From contig OZ244587.1 in NCBI GenBank assembly GCA_965218095.1, positions 1,952,001 through 2,016,000 on the forward strand: a stretch of 64,000 nt of DNA, read 5' to 3'. The notes under the pieces were generated by a model. It was not told the DNA's origin. It searched no databases and saw nothing but the letters and a program-made list of their open reading frames with translations. The stretch is from Candidatus Poribacteria bacterium. Its GTDB lineage: Bacteria > Poribacteria > WGA-4E > PCPOR2b. Shown here one piece after another: positions 60,449 to 64,000 of this stretch. The position numbers and the translations under genes are program-made. The stretch's first letter is position 1; each line of letters starts with the position of its first letter.

Positions 60449-60540
60449 GCCCCCCCGGCCCCCCAATGCTGGGGGGAGAATCGCAAAAACTCCCCCAGCC
60501 TGTCCCGATCCCATCGGGGAATTGGGGGCCGGGGAGGCGA
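60449..60540. repeat. C-rich/G-rich double-hairpin intergenic repeat with nested short palindrome
   Basis: gcccccccggccccccaatgctggggggag ... ctcccccag[cctgtcccgatcccatcggg]gaattgggggccggggaggc. Confidence 0.7.
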
Positions 60541-60562
60541 ATGTAACAAAGTCAAGATACAA

Positions 60563-61987
60563 TCAGGACACCGGAGGCTTGCGTTGTATCCATGGACTCG
60601 CGCGCTCAAAGGCAGCGGACGCAGCCAGGACCGTCGCCTCATCACCCTTTCTCCCCACGATGTGGAGACCAATGGGCAAACCATCGGCGGAGAAACCTGC
60701 GGGAATGGTGGCGGCGGGATGTCCGATCACATTTATCGGCAATGTAAACGCGCCGTTCCAGTACTGATCGGGGAAGGCTCTTTCAGGCGACCATTTGCCG
60801 GGAAATTGGCCATAGGGAAAGGCCGTGAAGCACGCCGTCGGGGAAAGCAGAAGGTCGTATTCTTCAAACAGATCTGTCATACGAGCTTTCAAGAGATCGA
60901 TTTGACCGAGCGCCCTAGCGTATTCGACTGCGGTCACCGTTGCACCTCGTTCAAGGAGAAACAGTGCCGCTTCGGTGAGTTGGTCTGCGTGAGTTTGCAG
61001 ATATGTACCGAGATTAGCGTATGAGTGCGTCGCTATAATGGCTCCGAAAGTATCATAGGGCGCGGCCATCACCAGATCTGATTCCTCAACACGGCAACTG
61101 AGTCCCTCGAACACCTGCGCCGCCGTGGACGTGACCTCCAGAACTTCGCGATCTACGTCCGCGAAGCCGAAATCCGGGCTCCAGGCAATGCGGGAACCGC
61201 TAATCTCCCTATCCAACGCAGCGACAAAGTCAGGTGGTATTTCCCGCAGCGATGTCGGGTCTCTACGGTCGGGTCCGGCCAGCGCTTGGAGCAGCAGTGC
61301 CGAGTCTCGCACTGTGCGGCTAAGGGGGCCATTTTGGGGGAACATGGAAGGCATCGGCGAATCTTCCTGGCCACTGTAGCCGGATACCCGACCCTGTGTG
61401 GGCTTGATAGCGTAGATTCCGCAGAAGTTAGCGGGTATACGGAGCGACCCTCCTCCATCGCTGCCTGTAGCCAGGGGACACAAGTAGGCAGCCACTGCCG
61501 CCGCCGCGCCGCCGCTGGATCCCCCCGGTGTATAATCGGTGTTCCAGGGATTACGTCCGAATTCGCCTAAGCGATTCTCGCAGGAACCAACCATGCCGAA
61601 CTCCGGAACGTTGGTTTTACCCAAGATGATGGCGCCAGCAGCCCGCACCCGCTCCACCACGGCGGCATCCCTTTCGGGTATCCGGTCCTTGAATACAAGC
61701 GAGCCCGAGGTTGTCCGGAGTCCCTTGGTCATTTGGGAGTCTTTAATCGGAATCGGTAAACCGTGCAGCGGCCCCAACTCGTCACCGCGAATGATTGCCT
61801 CCTCAGCAGACTTCGCTGTCTCCATCGCCTCGTCGTGATTCAAGAGCAGGAAAGAGTTCAACCGTGAATCCAGTCTATCGATGCGTCTAAAGTACAACTC
61901 GGTCAGTTCGACCGGGGAAATTTGCTTTGTTGAGATAAGCTCCAAGAGATCGGCCGCTGAATCGAAAGCCAACTCTTCGTCTATCAT
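60563..61987 (-). CDS. Amidase signature family enzyme
   Basis: PIPIKD, GKTN.PEFG, GGSSGGAAAA, GSDGGGSLRIPA. Confidence 0.95.
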   Translation of the reverse strand: MIDEELAFDSAADLLELISTKQISPVELTELYFRRIDRLDSRLNSFLLLNHDEAMETAKSAEEAIIRGDELGPLHGLPIPIKDSQMTKGLRTTSGSLVFKDRIPERDAAVVERVRAAGAIILGKTNVPEFGMVGSCENRLGEFGRNPWNTDYTPGGSSGGAAAAVAAYLCPLATGSDGGGSLRIPANFCGIYAIKPTQGRVSGYSGQEDSPMPSMFPQNGPLSRTVRDSALLLQALAGPDRRDPTSLREIPPDFVAALDREISGSRIAWSPDFGFADVDREVLEVTSTAAQVFEGLSCRVEESDLVMAAPYDTFGAIIATHSYANLGTYLQTHADQLTEAALFLLERGATVTAVEYARALGQIDLLKARMTDLFEEYDLLLSPTACFTAFPYGQFPGKWSPERAFPDQYWNGAFTLPINVIGHPAATIPAGFSADGLPIGLHIVGRKGDEATVLAASAAFERASPWIQRKPPVS

Positions 61988-62158
61988 GATACCTACTCCT
62001 TAAAAGTTATGCAAAATCCGACTTCTGCTAGTTTTTTAGAAATGTCTTCAGAATGACAGCCTGACTTTTGAAATTTGCCATCCAGTTCTGACGTAATCTC
62101 AACAGGGACGTGGCATTGTAGTGTTAGGATCTACTCGATTTTGTTTTTAGCTGCCAAC

Positions 62159-62362
62159 TCAAGCTACCCGTTCTTTCAGTTTACTTGGATGAAGTGAAAG
62201 ATACTCTCTCAATTCAAGATTCATCCGATCGATTTCTGCAAGAAAGCCTCCCGCCGATAATTGATAATTCTGCGGATTCATTTCAACCTGTCGTAGTTTC
62301 TCAACTCGTTGCTAAAAGTACCTGATGCGTTGCTTGGCTACTTCGAATTCTTGATCATTGTG
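62159..62362 (-). pseudogene. Small helical protein gene, fused to the upstream ORF and interrupted by TAG
   Basis: HNDQEFEVAKQRIRYF*QRVEKLRQVEMNPQNYQLSAGGFLAEIDRMNLELREYLSLHPSKLKERVA* in one frame; TAG at 62312-62314. Confidence 0.55.
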
Positions 62363-63601
62363 AATCCTCGGCCCGCCCGTCAATTCCTTGTCGTAGCTCG
62401 GCCGAAGCAGCTCCGTGAGAACGGCTCCGACAGAATCGGGATTTGCAACTGGCAATTCGCCCCGTTGCGCCTTCATCGCCCAGACCGGAGGGACGGAGTG
62501 CGGCGGCTGGGCGTGACCGCTGACATCGCTCGGTTTCTTGTAGCAGTAAAGCGAGCACCAGCGGGTCTTTTTGCCTGGGGCTTTGGGAGCCACTGCATGT
62601 GCGGCGTGCGACAGGCAGCAGACGACCGACCCCGGCGGCAGCGAGAGGTGTTCGATTTGAAGCGGCTCGGAAGTGACGGGATGCACCCGCCCCGCTAGCC
62701 AGCCCCGCCGCATCTCTTCGTCACTGGAGGCTCGGCACCCCGCTGGGTCGCGAAAAAGATGACTGCCCCGAATCAGCTTCAGACCCCCGTCGTCGCCGGC
62801 TGCGAAGCCTTGCGGGTAACAGAGCGTGAGGTTGGAATTCGGCTGCGCCTGGTACTCCGATAGGCTCGCGACACCGCAATTGTCCGCCCCGCCGCCGATT
62901 CTGTGACTGTGCCATGCGCCGCCAGGATAGCCCGCCGGCCGATTCAACAGTTGGTTGTGATCGAAATAGATCTCGTCGCTGCCGAGGCACATCCGTTGCA
63001 GTTGGAGCGTCTGCGGGTGCGTGAGGACGTTCATCAAGAACGGAACGTGCCCCGCCGGAAAATACTCCGCGAAAACACCGTGGCGCCGCAACGTCTTCAC
63101 GCCCGCCTCATCGTCTGACTGCGGTACCTTCTGGCTTCCTCCGAGCGCATTGTTGATCTCATCTGCGGTGAGAGATTTTGTTGGCGGCGTTCGTCCGAGG
63201 CCATACCAGTCGATCTGGGCCCAGTCCGACGTCAGCAGCGTGTCGTTGAGCTGCTGACCGTATTTCAGCGCCGCCATCCACGCCTCAACAGTTTTCGGCG
63301 TCATGACCCCTCTCAGGACAGCGTATCCATCCCTCATAAAGCCGGCATGGTCGAATTGTGCCGCGACCGCCGACATGTCGAATATATCCTCGCAATTCGC
63401 TTCCAACCGGTCCCAGTCATTACGAAACCACTGCACGGGGGAGTGTTCGTTCGCGAGGAAGTCTGGGCGAGTGGCTTGAGCAAGTTCGCTGGTTGGTCGC
63501 CGCAGAAGCCTGGCCAAGGTCGAGTCTGACACTTCGGGGGTGAGAAGCGGGTTCTGTGGCATTGCGGGAGCAGATTTAGGAGACGATGCACTTTCCTTCA
63601 T
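62312..63601 (-). CDS. PhyH-like 2OG-Fe(II) oxygenase
   Basis: FMRDGYAVLRGV, WHSH, GGLKLIRGSH, PPGSVV....AAHAV. Confidence 0.75.
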   Translation of the reverse strand: MKESASSPKSAPAMPQNPLLTPEVSDSTLARLLRRPTSELAQATRPDFLANEHSPVQWFRNDWDRLEANCEDIFDMSAVAAQFDHAGFMRDGYAVLRGVMTPKTVEAWMAALKYGQQLNDTLLTSDWAQIDWYGLGRTPPTKSLTADEINNALGGSQKVPQSDDEAGVKTLRRHGVFAEYFPAGHVPFLMNVLTHPQTLQLQRMCLGSDEIYFDHNQLLNRPAGYPGGAWHSHRIGGGADNCGVASLSEYQAQPNSNLTLCYPQGFAAGDDGGLKLIRGSHLFRDPAGCRASSDEEMRRGWLAGRVHPVTSEPLQIEHLSLPPGSVVCCLSHAAHAVAPKAPGKKTRWCSLYCYKKPSDVSGHAQPPHSVPPVWAMKAQRGELPVANPDSVGAVLTELLRPSYDKELTGGPRIHNDQEFEVAKQRIRYF

Positions 63602-63915
63602 AGTAGAGCTATCTTCTCAAGAGTTAGTAGCTGTATTCCCTATTTCTGATAACAGCGTCGTATGCAAACTTTCGTTCAAGTCTAGCACTTCATGCGTAGG
63701 CTGTCAAGCAGAAAAAAAAACAGTTTATCTGTCATATCATCAACAATCGAGACTATTTTCGCATTGAGATCTTCAAAAATTGTCTTTCTGACTGGAGTCT
63801 AGCGATTTTTCTAAAACCCTTGTCACATCAGGAATCTCGACTTGTCCCTTTTCGATGCCTGATCCAGTAAAATCAAGAATTAAGCGATGCTCTCCATCAA
63901 TTTTCTCCGGAGTCC

Positions 63916-64000
63916 AGTAATCAGGTGTTAATCATCGCCGGTTCACTCGTCGATGCATCGGGGATTATCCTGACTCATATTATGTGCAAGGCCATGAACC
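63916..64000 (+). pseudogene. pntB: Internal fragment of NAD(P) transhydrogenase beta subunit, running off the window
   Basis: SNQVLIIAGSLVDASGIILTHIMCKAMN; no 5' part of pntB upstream. Confidence 0.7.

Overview
Bacterial (diderm) chromosomal window. The gene content (several PhyH-like dioxygenases, Gfo/Idh/MocA oxidoreductases, TPR protein, DUF5916, HPr/HprK with rpoN and lpt genes) resembles Ca. Poribacteria; this is an inference, not a database result. In order it holds: a phosphate/arsenic locus (secreted protein, TonB, aquaporin, Rrf2, porin, PhoU fused to an LMW-PTP/ArsC-like domain, pstSCAB1B2, PhoB-like regulator); tRNA-Arg(CCG); dut-thyA-folA-nagA; the lpxL-lptCAB-rpoN-hpf-hprK-ptsH operon; rsgA; two IS elements with clear ends; an Rdx/SelW selenoprotein missed by the ORF track; a sugar-acid catabolic cluster; eno and map; and a hybrid RND/MacAB-type export cluster. 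Core genes are intact while many accessory genes are eroded. Highlights: (1) at least nine in-frame amber (TAG) codons interrupt otherwise continuous accessory reading frames; (2) PhoU carries an apparently catalytically dead phosphatase domain; (3) the two PstB copies have complementary defects that map to one composite ATP site; (4) sigma-54 has an insertion of about 82 aa; (5) several families of short palindromic or heptamer repeats occur, some translated in frame. No CRISPR array or rRNA was seen. All family assignments come from motif recognition by eye.
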